Of a stretch of DNA of 64,000 nucleotides, positions 1 through 9,070 are shown piece by piece. The translations under genes were made by a program, and so were the position numbers. Each line of letters starts with the position of its first letter. Positions within the stretch are counted from its first letter, which is position 1. This stretch comes from Actinomycetes bacterium (GTDB taxonomy: Bacteria > Actinomycetota > Thermoleophilia > BMS3ABIN01). Under the pieces are notes generated by a model. It saw only the letters and a list, made by a program, of their open reading frames with translations, did no database searches and had not been told where the DNA came from. The stretch lies in contig JAJRWQ010000042.1 of assembly GCA_024276735.1 (NCBI GenBank), positions 4,563-68,562 on the forward strand, read 5' to 3'.

Positions 1-1064
1 CCTGCCAGGTGTCGCACATGGTGGCCGCCGGCAACACCACCATGACCCACCTGCTCACCGGTGTCGATCCCACCTACATCCGCATCGACCCCTACGTGCC
101 GGCGGCGGCCTTCCTGCCCCCGGTGCGGGCGGCGGACCTGGGCATCGAGGCCTGCCGGCACGTGCACCTCTACACCTTCCCCTGCGTCTCCAGCTACGTG
201 GGCGGTGACATCGTCAGCGGCATCATCGGTTCCGGGGTCTTCCGGACGGACAAGGTAACGCTCTACATCGACATCGGCACCAACGGCGAGGCGGTGGTGG
301 GCAACCGCGAATGGCTGGTGGCCACCTCCTGCAGCGCCGGCCCCGCCTTCGAGGGCGGCGGCATCAGGCACGGCATGAGGGCCACCCGCGGTGCCATCGA
401 GGCGGTGCAGGTGGAGCCCGCCACCGGCGAGCCCCACATCCTCACCATCGGCGGCAGGAAGCCGCTGGGGATCTGCGGCACCGGCATCATCGACGCCGTG
501 GCCGAGCTCCTGGAGGCGGGCATCCTGGAGCAGAACGGCAAGTTCAACCAGGAGGCGGAGGGTGAATGGCTGCGGCGCGACCAGGACGGCCAGTGGGAGT
601 ACGTGCTGGTGCGCGAGGAGTACACCGCTTCCGGCCGCGGCGACATCGTCATTACCGAGCCAGACATCGACAACCTGATGCGGGCCAAGGGGGCCATCTT
701 CGCCGGCGTCAGTACCCTGCTGGACAGCGTGGGCATGACCATGGAAGCGGTGGAGCAGGTTTACGTGGCCGGCGGCTTCGGCAAGTACCTGCAGCTGGAC
801 CGGGCGGCGGCGATCGGCCTCTTCCCGGAGATGGACGCCGAGCGCTTCACCTTCGTGGGCAACGGCTCGCTCCTGGGAGCGCGCCTGGTCTCCTTCTCGC
901 GGGAGATGCTGGCGGCGGCGGAGCAGGTGGCGAAGATGATGACCAACATCGAGCTCTCCGACAACCAGCAGTGCATGGACGAATACATGGCGGCGCTCTT
1001 CTTTCCCCACACGGACATGCAGTGGTTCCCGCGCATGGAGCGGATCCTGGGGAAGCTGAAGTAG
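1..1064 (+). CDS. RACo-like reductive activator of corrinoid Fe-S protein, C-terminal ASKHA (DUF4445) domain; 5' end lies outside the window
   Basis: ORF 9..1064 is open to the window edge. The translation carries ASKHA/acetate-kinase-fold motifs (DIGTNGEAVV, CSAGPAFEGGGI, ICGTGIIDAV) typical of the C-terminal ATPase domain of CoFeSP activators. It lies directly upstream of cooC and the acs genes. Confidence 0.65.
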   Translation, partial: CQVSHMVAAGNTTMTHLLTGVDPTYIRIDPYVPAAAFLPPVRAADLGIEACRHVHLYTFPCVSSYVGGDIVSGIIGSGVFRTDKVTLYIDIGTNGEAVVGNREWLVATSCSAGPAFEGGGIRHGMRATRGAIEAVQVEPATGEPHILTIGGRKPLGICGTGIIDAVAELLEAGILEQNGKFNQEAEGEWLRRDQDGQWEYVLVREEYTASGRGDIVITEPDIDNLMRAKGAIFAGVSTLLDSVGMTMEAVEQVYVAGGFGKYLQLDRAAAIGLFPEMDAERFTFVGNGSLLGARLVSFSREMLAAAEQVAKMMTNIELSDNQQCMDEYMAALFFPHTDMQWFPRMERILGKLK

Positions 1065-1273
1065 GCGGGCGGGGCGATGGAGCGGGCCCCGCCGGGGACG
1101 AAGTGCCGGCGGGGACAGCTTTGCCGGAAAGCCGCTCCAGTTCCCGGGCTCGTCCACTTGCGAAAGGGCTTGCCGCACCGGAGCGGCCCGACCGCAAGAG
1201 GGAGGGTGGCTGCGGGAAAACAGTAAGGGAGAAAGCAGGTGCACCCGCGGTCGTGCGGAGCACCCAGGGAGGC

Positions 1274-2044
1274 ATGGCACGCAAAATGGCGACGATAGCA
1301 GTGGCGGGAAAAGGGGGCACCGGCAAGACCACCATCTGCGCGCTGGCGATCCGCTACCTGCTGGAGCAGGGTGAGACGCCGGTGCTGGCGGTGGACGCCG
1401 ATCCCAACTACAACCTGGGGCAGACCCTGGGCGTGGAGGTGGGCATCACCGTGGGCGCCGCCCGCGAACAGGGCTTCGCCGGCGACCGCGACATCCCTTC
1501 CGGCATGACCAAGGACGACTTCGTCGAGTACAAGATCCAGGAGGCGCTGGCGGAGTCGGAGGGCTTCGACCTGCTCACCATGGGCCGGCCCGAGGGCGCC
1601 GGCTGCTACTGCTTCGCCAACAACATCATCCGCCGCTACATGGACGCCCTCGCCGACGACTACCGGCACGTGGTGATGGACAACGAGGCGGGCCTGGAGC
1701 ACCTGTCGCGGCGGACCACGCGCCGTACCGACGTGCTGCTGGTGGTGGCCGACGCCGGCATCAGGGGCATCGGCGCCGCGCGGCGGGTGCTGGACCTGGC
1801 GGCGGAGATGGAGATCGAGGTGGGGGAGAGCCTCTTCGTGCTCAACCGGGCGGACGCGTCGGCCCGGGACGCGCTGATGCCGGAAATCGAGCGCCTGGAG
1901 CTGCCACTGGCGGCGGTGATCCCCGAGGACCCGGCGCTGTTCGAGGCGGAGGTGGCCGGCCGCTCGCTGCTGGAGCTCACGGACGAGGCGCCGTCAGTTG
2001 ACGCCGCGGCACCGCTTTTTGATAAGATTTTCGCCACGGCCTGA
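1274..2044 (+). CDS. cooC: CO dehydrogenase / acetyl-CoA synthase nickel-insertion ATPase (CooC/AcsF, MinD-like P-loop)
   Basis: MATIAVAGKGGTGKTT deviant Walker A, DADPN motif, about 255 aa. The start is ATG 1274 or ATG 1286; homology favours MATIAVAG at 1286. The long ORF 566..2044 upstream of this start is out-of-context open frame in GC-rich DNA. Confidence 0.85.
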   Translation: MARKMATIAVAGKGGTGKTTICALAIRYLLEQGETPVLAVDADPNYNLGQTLGVEVGITVGAAREQGFAGDRDIPSGMTKDDFVEYKIQEALAESEGFDLLTMGRPEGAGCYCFANNIIRRYMDALADDYRHVVMDNEAGLEHLSRRTTRRTDVLLVVADAGIRGIGAARRVLDLAAEMEIEVGESLFVLNRADASARDALMPEIERLELPLAAVIPEDPALFEAEVAGRSLLELTDEAPSVDAAAPLFDKIFATA

Positions 2045-2127
2045 CGGCGGCAGAGCCGTTGCGGTAGCCCGGGCGGACGAGCCGCCCGCAGGCCCGGCCA
2101 GCTTTGAAGCGAAGGGAGAGGAACAAG

Positions 2128-2985
2128 ATGGCGGCATCGATCATCGACGGCAAGCAGATCGCGGCGGACGTCCGCGCCGAGGTGGCGGCGGAGGTTAAGA
2201 AGATGCAGGCCGCCGGCGGGCCCACCCCGGGTCTGGCGGTGGTGCTGGTGGGGGAAGACCCTGCCTCCCAGGTCTACGTGAACAACAAGGATAAGGCCTG
2301 CCAGGAGGTGGGCTTCAACTCCTTCAAGCACGAGCTGCCGGCGGACACCAGCGAAGAGGACCTGCTGGCCCTGGTGGAGGAGCTCAATGGCAGGGAGGAC
2401 GTGCACGGCATCCTGGTGCAGCTGCCGCTGCCGGGCCACATCGACGCCGAGCGGGTGCTCATGGCCATCAGCCCCGACAAGGACGTCGACGGCTTTCACC
2501 CCATGAACGTGGGCCGACTGGCGGTGGGAGCGCCGGTGTTCGTCTCCTGCACGCCCGCCGGGGTCATCGAGCTGCTCAAGCGCAGCGGCGCCGAGCTCGA
2601 GGGGGCCGACGCCGTGGTGGTGGGCCGCAGCAACATCGTCGGCAAGCCGGTGGCGCTCCTGCTATTGCAGGAAAATTGTACGGTGACCATCTGTCATTCC
2701 CGCACGAAGGACCTGGCCGCCGTCTGCCGCGGGGCGGACGTGCTGGTGGCGGCGGTGGGTGTCCCGGAGATGATCAAGGGCGACTGGGTCAAGGAAGGCG
2801 CCACCGTGATCGACGTGGGCATCAACCGCACCGACGACGGCCTGGTGGGCGACGTGGAGTTCGAGGCCGCCGCCGAGCGGGCGCGGGCGATCACGCCGGT
2901 GCCGGGCGGGGTGGGGCCGATGACCATCGCCATGCTGCTGAAGAATACCCTGTTGGCGGCGGAGCTCGCCAGCCGGGACCGATAG
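2128..2985 (+). CDS. folD: bifunctional 5,10-methylene-THF dehydrogenase / 5,10-methenyl-THF cyclohydrolase
   Basis: The protein [12 protein letters not shown]...[14 protein letters not shown]...GILVQLPLP is the classic FolD family. RBS GGGAGAGG lies 6 nt upstream of ATG 2128. Confidence 0.9.
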   Translation: MAASIIDGKQIAADVRAEVAAEVKKMQAAGGPTPGLAVVLVGEDPASQVYVNNKDKACQEVGFNSFKHELPADTSEEDLLALVEELNGREDVHGILVQLPLPGHIDAERVLMAISPDKDVDGFHPMNVGRLAVGAPVFVSCTPAGVIELLKRSGAELEGADAVVVGRSNIVGKPVALLLLQENCTVTICHSRTKDLAAVCRGADVLVAAVGVPEMIKGDWVKEGATVIDVGINRTDDGLVGDVEFEAAAERARAITPVPGGVGPMTIAMLLKNTLLAAELASRDR

Positions 2986-3081
2986 CATTGTGCAAACGCG
3001 GCAAACCGGCTCAGGGTGTTTTTTCGCCGCAGCCGGGTAAGGTATCAGGAAACGGAAAAACCGGATCGGATGGAGGCAGAG

Positions 3082-3588
3082 ATGAAATGGAAGTTTCTGG
3101 TTTTCATGGTGCTGGCAGCCATGTTCCTGGCGGTGGGCACGGGGACGGCGCTGGCGAACTGCGGCTCGGTGACGTTCAGCATCACGCCCAACAGCGGCCC
3201 CGCGGGCACGTCGGTAAATGCCAGCGGTGACGGGGCGATGTCCGACGACAGTTACTCCATCTACTGGGATACCGTCTCGGGCCAGCCGCTCTACTCGGGT
3301 ACCACCGACAACGGCGGCGGTTTCCAGGCCACGGTGACGGTGCCGGCGAATGCCACGCCCGGCGCCCACAGCATCATCTTCAGCGGCCTCGATTACAGCG
3401 AGGATACCGTGGAGTGCCCGCAGACCTTCACGGTCACCGGCGCCACCGGCAACGAGACCGTGCAGCAGGACGCCTACACCCAGGCCCGCACCACCATGCC
3501 CGAGACCGGCGCCTTTCTGCTGCCGGCGGGGCTGTTGGCGGCGGCGGGCACCGGGCTGCTGCTGGCCCGCAGGCGGAACCGGCCGTAG
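3082..3588 (+). CDS. secreted small protein, paralog 1 of 3, with C-terminal MPETG-type sorting signal
   Basis: Signal peptide MKWKFLVFMVLAAMFLAVGTGTALA, then NCGSV...; conserved C-terminus VQQDAYTQARTTMPETG + hydrophobic stretch + RRRNRP (LPXTG-like tripartite signal). RBS GGAGG 5 nt before the ATG. Confidence 0.6.
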   Translation: MKWKFLVFMVLAAMFLAVGTGTALANCGSVTFSITPNSGPAGTSVNASGDGAMSDDSYSIYWDTVSGQPLYSGTTDNGGGFQATVTVPANATPGAHSIIFSGLDYSEDTVECPQTFTVTGATGNETVQQDAYTQARTTMPETGAFLLPAGLLAAAGTGLLLARRRNRP

Positions 3589-3675
3589 CGGCGAATTACC
3601 TGTTCGGATGCAAGGAAGGCGGCAAGCGTGGCGGAGCCCGCCACGGGAGCTCACGTAAAGAAGACTGGAGGCAAG

Positions 3676-4191
3676 ATGAAAGTCAGGTTGTTGTTCACGA
3701 TGGTAGTAGCGCTGGTGATCATGTCCGCGCTTGCCGGCACTGCCGCGGCCCAGGGCGACTGCGGCACCATTGAAGTCTCCCTGGATCCCACCCAGGGCCA
3801 GGCAGGCACGCAGGTGACGGTGACCGCCACCGGCGCCTACTACGACAACGTGTATCAAATCTACTGGGACTCTCCCAACGGCGAGCTGCTGGCATCGGGC
3901 AGGACCAATTACTCGGGCGAGGCCACCGATACGGTCACCGTTCCCACCAACGCCACACCGGGGCTCCACGAGATCATCTTCAGCAGCACCGACTCCGACG
4001 ACTATGACCGGGACTGCCCGGCGGACTTCACCGTGACCGAAACGCAGTCGGGCGGCACCGCGCCCACCGTCCAGCAGGACGCCTACACCCAGGCCCGCAC
4101 CACCATGCCCAGCACCGGCTTCTTCCTGCTGCCGGCCGCGGGGCTCGTGGCAGGCGGCGCGGCCCTGCTCTACCGGCGGCGGCGCCAGTAA
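3676..4191 (+). CDS. secreted small protein, paralog 2 of 3, with C-terminal MPSTG-type sorting signal
   Basis: Signal peptide MKVRLLFTMVVALVIMSALAGTAAA, then QGDCGTIEV...; C-terminus VQQDAYTQARTTMPSTG + hydrophobic + RRRRQ. RBS CTGGAGG upstream. Confidence 0.6.
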   Translation: MKVRLLFTMVVALVIMSALAGTAAAQGDCGTIEVSLDPTQGQAGTQVTVTATGAYYDNVYQIYWDSPNGELLASGRTNYSGEATDTVTVPTNATPGLHEIIFSSTDSDDYDRDCPADFTVTETQSGGTAPTVQQDAYTQARTTMPSTGFFLLPAAGLVAGGAALLYRRRRQ

Positions 4192-4228
4192 CAGACCGCG
4201 CTGAACCGGGTACCTGCGCAGCAATGAC

Positions 4229-4262
4229 CGGGAAGCGGCCCCAGGGCCGCTTCCCGTTTTTT
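4229..4262 (+). terminator. rho-independent terminator after paralog 2
   Basis: CGGGAAGCGGCC-ccag-GGCCGCTTCCCG is a perfect 12-bp stem followed by TTTTTT. Confidence 0.6.
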
Positions 4263-4377
4263 ATAACTGCCATTTGCGTTGCCCTGGCCCATGGGATAGC
4301 CTTCCTGTCAGCTATATTTCTGTTTCCTCTGGCTAGGAACCGGGAAAGCCTTTACTGATCGGCCGGAGGAGGCAGTC

Positions 4378-4887
4378 ATGAAAAAGAAATGGTTGATCAC
4401 GGCGCTGGTGGCGCTGGTAGCAGTACTGGTACTGGCGGCTCCCGCCACGGCGCTGGAGGGCAACTGCGGCACCATCTCATTTACCCTGGCCCCGAACCAG
4501 GGCCCCGGGGGCACGCAGGTCACCGCCAGCGGATCCGGCGTAATGCCCGACTTCCCCTTCGGGATCTACTGGGAATCGATATCCGGCGACCTGCTCGTTT
4601 CCGGGACGTCGACCACCGGCGGTGATTACAGCGCTGTTTTCAACATTCCCGCCGATGCCGCTACCGGGGCCCACGACGTGGTCTTCTTCGGCACCCAGGA
4701 CAACGAGCAGCCCGCGGCCTGCACCCGGGTCTTCACCGTGACCGCGGCGACTGCCGGCGGGGGCGTCCAGCCCGACGCCTACACCCAGTCCCGCACCAAC
4801 ATGCCCGAGACCGGCGCCTTCCTGCTGCCGGCGGGGCTGTTGGCGGCGGCGGGTGCCGGGTTGCTACTGGCGCGCAGGCGCAGGTAG
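4378..4887 (+). CDS. secreted small protein, paralog 3 of 3, with C-terminal MPETG-type sorting signal
   Basis: Signal peptide MKKKWLITALVALVAVLVLAAPATA, then EGNCGTISF...; C-terminus VQPDAYTQSRTNMPETG + hydrophobic + RRRR. RBS GGAGGAGG upstream. Confidence 0.6.
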   Translation: MKKKWLITALVALVAVLVLAAPATALEGNCGTISFTLAPNQGPGGTQVTASGSGVMPDFPFGIYWESISGDLLVSGTSTTGGDYSAVFNIPADAATGAHDVVFFGTQDNEQPAACTRVFTVTAATAGGGVQPDAYTQSRTNMPETGAFLLPAGLLAAAGAGLLLARRRR

Positions 4888-4934
4888 CCGAAGAGAATCA
4901 CCGGCCCCGCGCCGGTGCGGTACCCGATGAATGC

Positions 4935-4962
4935 GAAGAGGCGGCCGATCGGCCGCCTCTTC
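4935..4962. terminator. perfect GC-rich palindrome between convergent genes (candidate bidirectional intrinsic terminator, no T-run)
   Basis: GAAGAGGCGGCCG-at-CGGCCGCCTCTTC, a 13-bp perfect inverted repeat. It lies between the end of the + strand gene at 4887 and the end of the - strand gene at 5014. Confidence 0.4.
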
Positions 4963-5013
4963 ACCTTGCTGGAGCATATCTCGGCGCGGAAATGTTCCCC
5001 ACCGAGCCGGGAG

Positions 5014-5352
5014 CTACCCGGCGCCGAGAAAGGTTAGCACCTCGTCCGCCGGCCGGGGCAGGCCGGCGATCTTCCAGGCGACCAGGGGGTCGATGAACTC
5101 TTCCTCGACACAGTCATCCGGCTGGTGCACGTTCTTGCAAACGCTCCTGATCACCGGGAAGAAGCCGTGCTTGCGGAAGTACTGGCGCATGAACATCAGG
5201 ATATCCAGCTGGTCGTAGGTGAGCGGCGCCAGGCCCAGGTTGTCCGCCAGCGCGTTGGCGACGGTGTCGTTCCAGGCCTCGAAGTCCTCCAGGTAACCCT
5301 CGTCGTCCACCTTCACCGTCTGGCCCGAGTAGTGCAATACTGGCATTACCAT
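5014..5352 (-). CDS. TusE/DsrC/DsvC-family sulfur-relay-like protein lacking the conserved C-terminal cysteines
   Basis: MVMPVLHYSGQTVKVDDEGYLEDFEAWNDTVANALA...FMRQYF...KIAGLP matches the TusE/DsrC fold pattern (EGYL, W.D..A..LA, KI/LAGLPKP). It ends ...GLPRPADEVLTFLGAG with no Cys. The start is taken at the first ATG giving the family-typical ~110 aa. Confidence 0.6.
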   Translation of the reverse strand: MVMPVLHYSGQTVKVDDEGYLEDFEAWNDTVANALADNLGLAPLTYDQLDILMFMRQYFRKHGFFPVIRSVCKNVHQPDDCVEEEFIDPLVAWKIAGLPRPADEVLTFLGAG

Positions 5353-5366
5353 CGCCTCCAGGCTGA

Positions 5367-5642
5367 TCAGCGGCCGGCGCTGCCGATGCCGACCTCTTCT
5401 TCCAGGTCCTTGGCATACTGCTCGATGAGGACGCCCAGGTAGAGGCACTGGCGCCCTTCCATGCACTCGTCGGCATCCTTGGCGGCCAGGAAGGCGTAGC
5501 GGCTGTGATCTCCCTTGACGAACCTCACCACCCAGGAGTCACGATCGGCATCGAAAGAGAGCTCGATGTCGATGCCCTCCCGTGCAAGCTCCGGGTACAT
5601 GGATGCCAGTTTTTTCTTCAGATCGTCGGCGGTGTATGGCAT
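5367..5642 (-). CDS. hypothetical small protein (91 aa) with a CxxxxC pair
   Basis: The ORF runs 17 nt upstream of the tusE-like gene on the same strand, so the two are probably co-transcribed. No confident family assignment from sequence alone. Confidence 0.4.
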   Translation of the reverse strand: MPYTADDLKKKLASMYPELAREGIDIELSFDADRDSWVVRFVKGDHSRYAFLAAKDADECMEGRQCLYLGVLIEQYAKDLEEEVGIGSAGR

Positions 5643-6113
5643 GGCGAACCTCCAGGGAATTCGGAAACCTTGTGCCGCGGTTCGTCCGCGTTTGCACCCT
5701 TAACCTTTACTATCCCCCCGGTGCCCTTTTTTACTCATTCGCCCGGCGGCGGCAGTCCCGGGAACGGGCTGCGCGTGGGCCGCCGCTGTGGATTTTCCCG
5801 GGCGGCCCCGGATGTGACGCATGTCATGGCGTCGATATTGACCCCGCCCGCACCGCGATGGTAATATCTGCCTTTAATGCAGGCCCGCTGCAGGGCGATA
5901 GCCCGCGGGTACCGGGTGGGGAACGGGCCTGCTGGTGAGGCCGGACTGGCACCATGCCGTAAAACGGCCCGCCGATGAATTTGGGTCCGAGTCGCAACGG
6001 CGCCGATCCCGTGAGGGCTGCGCCCAGCGTCTCGAACCTTTATTTTTCGCAAAAAAAGGGCGCCGCGGCAGCAGCCGCGCCCGCAGGCGAACATCTTGAA
6101 GGAGTGGATTGCC

Positions 6114-7061
6114 TTGTCTTTCGATGCACCGGTTGAGACATGCAAGGGCAACATCAGGGAAGTAGTGGTCGGCAGCGACGGCCGCATCGGCGGCGAGCAG
6201 ACCTTTCCCTTCCACCTGTGGGAGGGTGACATTCCCAACCCGCCGATGATCGCCATGGAGGTCTACGACGAGCCGCAGCCGGAGTGGCCGGAAGCGGTGC
6301 GCAAGGTGTACGAGGACGTGATGGACGACCCCGTCGCCTGGGCCAAGAAGTGCGTGGACCAGTTCGGCGCCGACGCGCTCTGCCTGCAACTCAGGAGCAC
6401 CGATCCCAACGGCACCGACGCCTCGCCGGAGGACGCCGCCGAGACGGTGAAGCAGGTGGCGGAGGCCGTGGACGTGCCCCTTTTCGTCTATGGCACCGCC
6501 TCCCCGGACAAGGACGCCGAGGTGCTGAAGAAGGTGGCGGAGGCGCTGCCGGACGAGAACATTCCCCTGGGACCCGTCGACGAGGCCAACCACCGGCTGA
6601 TCGGCGCCGCCGCCATGGGTTACAAGAAGCCGGTAGTGGCATTCACCTCCATGGATGTCAACCTGGCCAAGCAGCTCAACGTGCTGCTGGTGCAGCTGGG
6701 AGTGCCGGAGGACAAGATCATCATGGACCCCACCACCGGCGCCTTGGGCTACGGCCTCGAGTATTGCTATTCTATTATGGAGAGGGATCGGCTGGCCGCC
6801 CTGCTGCAGGGTGACGACAAGATGCAGATGCCGATCTTCAACAACCTGGCCCCGGAGACCTGGAAGGCCAAGGAATCCCGGGTCAGCGAAGAGGAGGAAC
6901 CCACCTACGGGGACGTGGAGACCCGGGGCATCCTCTGGGAGGCAATCACCGCTGCGACTCTTCTCCTGGCAGGTACCGACGTCCTGGTGATGCGGCATCC
7001 ACGGGCTGTGGAACTGGTGCGTACCGCCATCGAAGGTCTCCAGGCACAATCCAAGGAGTAA
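6114..7061 (+). CDS. acsD: acetyl-CoA decarbonylase/synthase corrinoid Fe-S protein small subunit (AcsD/CdhD)
   Basis: TIM-barrel delta subunit pattern (GADALCLQL, VPLFVYGTASPDKD, MGYKKPVVAFTSMD, LGYGLEYCYS). AAGGAG is at 6099-6104, so the start is more likely the in-frame TTG at 6114 than the TTG at 6096 in the ORF track. Confidence 0.85.
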   Translation: MSFDAPVETCKGNIREVVVGSDGRIGGEQTFPFHLWEGDIPNPPMIAMEVYDEPQPEWPEAVRKVYEDVMDDPVAWAKKCVDQFGADALCLQLRSTDPNGTDASPEDAAETVKQVAEAVDVPLFVYGTASPDKDAEVLKKVAEALPDENIPLGPVDEANHRLIGAAAMGYKKPVVAFTSMDVNLAKQLNVLLVQLGVPEDKIIMDPTTGALGYGLEYCYSIMERDRLAALLQGDDKMQMPIFNNLAPETWKAKESRVSEEEEPTYGDVETRGILWEAITAATLLLAGTDVLVMRHPRAVELVRTAIEGLQAQSKE

Positions 7062-7069
7062 CGAGTAAC

Positions 7070-9034
7070 ATGAGCGATTCCGCAGAAAAGAAAAGCAAGA
7101 AGAAAAAGGAAGAGCGACCCAAGAGCATCGACCAGGCAGCCCTGGAGATGCTGGAGATAGCCGCCGAGGAGGGCATTGGCACCGTCTTCTCACGCGTGGA
7201 CGAGATGAAGGCCTGCCCCATCGGCGCCGCCGGTTCCTGCTGCCAGCTCTGCGCCATGGGACCCTGTCGCCTGGTGGGCAAGGGCGCCGAGGAGAAGACC
7301 GGCATCTGCGGCGCCACCCACGGCACCATCGGCTCCCGTTTCATCGTGCGGGCCGTGGCCGCGGGCGTGGCGGCGCACTCCGACCACGGCCGTGACATCG
7401 CCCGCACCCTGCTGGCGCTGTCCAAGGGCGAGGTCCAGGGCTACGAGATCAAGGACCCGGAAAAGCTGAACCGGGTGGCGGAGATGCTGGGCGTCGAGAC
7501 CGAGGGCCGCGAGATCATGGAGATCGCCGGTGACGTGGCCCGCAAGGCGCTGGACAATTTCAACGGCGTGGTGGAGGACGGGCTCTCCTACGTGGCGCGG
7601 GCGCCGGAAAAGCGCCAGGAGCTCTGGCGCAAGCTGGGCCTGGTGCCCCGCGGCGTGGACCGCGAAGTGGTGGAGAGCATGCACCGCACCCACGTGGGCG
7701 TGGACCAGGACGTGGAGCACCTGCTGGACCAGGCCCTGAGGACCTCGCTCTCCGACGGCTGGGGCGGCGCCATGCTGGCCACCGACCTCTCCGACGTGCT
7801 CTTCGGCACCCCGAAGCCGCTGGTTTCGGAGGCGAACCTGGGGGTGCTCAAGGAGGACGAGGTGAACATCCTCGTCCACGGCCACGAGCCCACGCTCTCG
7901 GAGATGATCGTGGCCGCGGCCCAGAAGCCGGAGATGATCGAGTACGCCAAGAGCAAGGGGGCCAAGGGCATCAACCTGGCGGGCATCTGCTGTACCGCCA
8001 ACGAGGTGCTGATGCGCCACGGCATCTCCCCGGCAGGCAACTTCCTGCACCAGGAGCTGGCGATCATCACCGGCTCGGTGGACGCGATGATCGTCGACGT
8101 GCAGTGCGTGCTGCAGGCGCTCTCGCCGCTGGCACAGAAATACCACACCAAGCTGATCACCACCTCTCCCAAGGCCAAGATCCCAGGCGCCGTGCACGTG
8201 GAGTTCGACGAGCAGCGGGCGATGGAGATCGCCGAGGAGATCGTGCGCATGGGCGTGGACAACTACGAGAACCGGGGCGAGGTGAGGATTCCCAGCCAGA
8301 AGGGCGACCTGGTGGCCGGTTTCTCGCACGAGTATATCAACTACATGCTGGGCGGGCGCTACCGGGCTTCCTTCCGGCCGCTGAACGACAACATCATCAA
8401 CGGCCGCATCCAGGGAGCGGTGGCGATCGTCGGCTGCAACAATCCCCGGGTCACCCAGGACGCGGGCATCGTCTACCTGACCCGGGAGCTGATCAAGCGC
8501 GACGTGCTGGTGGTGCAGACGGGTTGCGCCGCCCACGCTTCCGGCAAGCACGGACTGCTGATGCCGGAGATGATGGAGGAAGCGGGCGACGGCCTGCGCG
8601 AGGTGTGCGAGGCGGTAGGCATGCCGCCGGTGCTGCACCTGGGCAGCTGCGTCGACAACTCGCGCATCCTCACCGTGCTCAGCCAGGTGGTCGAGGAAGG
8701 CGGCCTGGGCGAGGACATCTCCGACCTGCCGGTGGCGGCCATATGCCCCGAGTACTACTGCGAGAAGGCGCTGGCCATCGGCACTTACGCTGCGGCCTCC
8801 GGGGTCTACGTCGTCTTCGGCGTGCGCAACCCGGTGGAGGACTGCAAGGAAGTAGTGGAGATGATGAGCAACGGCTGGGAGGAGAAGGTCGGCGGACAGC
8901 TGCTCTTCGAGCCCGACTACGAAAAGGTACTGGAGATGGTGACCGGCCGCATCCAGGAGAAGCGCGTCGCCCTTGGCATCCACGAGGAGAAGGAACGGGT
9001 GCTGATGGACATGGCGGCGCGGCGCGAACTGTAA
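7070..9034 (+). CDS. acsA: anaerobic carbon monoxide dehydrogenase catalytic subunit (Ni,Fe-CODH)
   Basis: 654 aa with N-terminal Cys clusters (CPIGAAGSCCQLCAMGPCR, GICGATHGTIGSRF) and C-cluster region. AAGGAG RBS. Adjacent to acsB. Confidence 0.95.
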   Translation: MSDSAEKKSKKKKEERPKSIDQAALEMLEIAAEEGIGTVFSRVDEMKACPIGAAGSCCQLCAMGPCRLVGKGAEEKTGICGATHGTIGSRFIVRAVAAGVAAHSDHGRDIARTLLALSKGEVQGYEIKDPEKLNRVAEMLGVETEGREIMEIAGDVARKALDNFNGVVEDGLSYVARAPEKRQELWRKLGLVPRGVDREVVESMHRTHVGVDQDVEHLLDQALRTSLSDGWGGAMLATDLSDVLFGTPKPLVSEANLGVLKEDEVNILVHGHEPTLSEMIVAAAQKPEMIEYAKSKGAKGINLAGICCTANEVLMRHGISPAGNFLHQELAIITGSVDAMIVDVQCVLQALSPLAQKYHTKLITTSPKAKIPGAVHVEFDEQRAMEIAEEIVRMGVDNYENRGEVRIPSQKGDLVAGFSHEYINYMLGGRYRASFRPLNDNIINGRIQGAVAIVGCNNPRVTQDAGIVYLTRELIKRDVLVVQTGCAAHASGKHGLLMPEMMEEAGDGLREVCEAVGMPPVLHLGSCVDNSRILTVLSQVVEEGGLGEDISDLPVAAICPEYYCEKALAIGTYAAASGVYVVFGVRNPVEDCKEVVEMMSNGWEEKVGGQLLFEPDYEKVLEMVTGRIQEKRVALGIHEEKERVLMDMAARREL

Positions 9035-9070
9035 GCGCCGGGAACCGGTTGCAGGACTGAAAGGAATGCC

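Noticed and set aside
566-1273. N-terminal 235-aa extension of the cooC ORF (566..2044).
   Set aside because: The extension is Arg/Gly/Ala-rich open frame overlapping the RACo-like gene. CooC homology begins at MATIAVAGKGG.
2986-3081. Possible terminator hairpin after folD (CCGGCT...AGCCGG around a TTTTTT run).
   Set aside because: The stem is only 6 bp with a 19-nt loop and the T-run is inside the loop, so it is not a convincing intrinsic terminator.
6045-6082. Hairpin GGGCGC...GCGCCC preceded by an A7 run, upstream of acsD; considered as a terminator.
   Set aside because: On the plus strand no T-run follows it. On the minus strand it would terminate a transcript for which no gene exists. 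It is more likely part of the divergent promoter or regulatory region; its function is undetermined.
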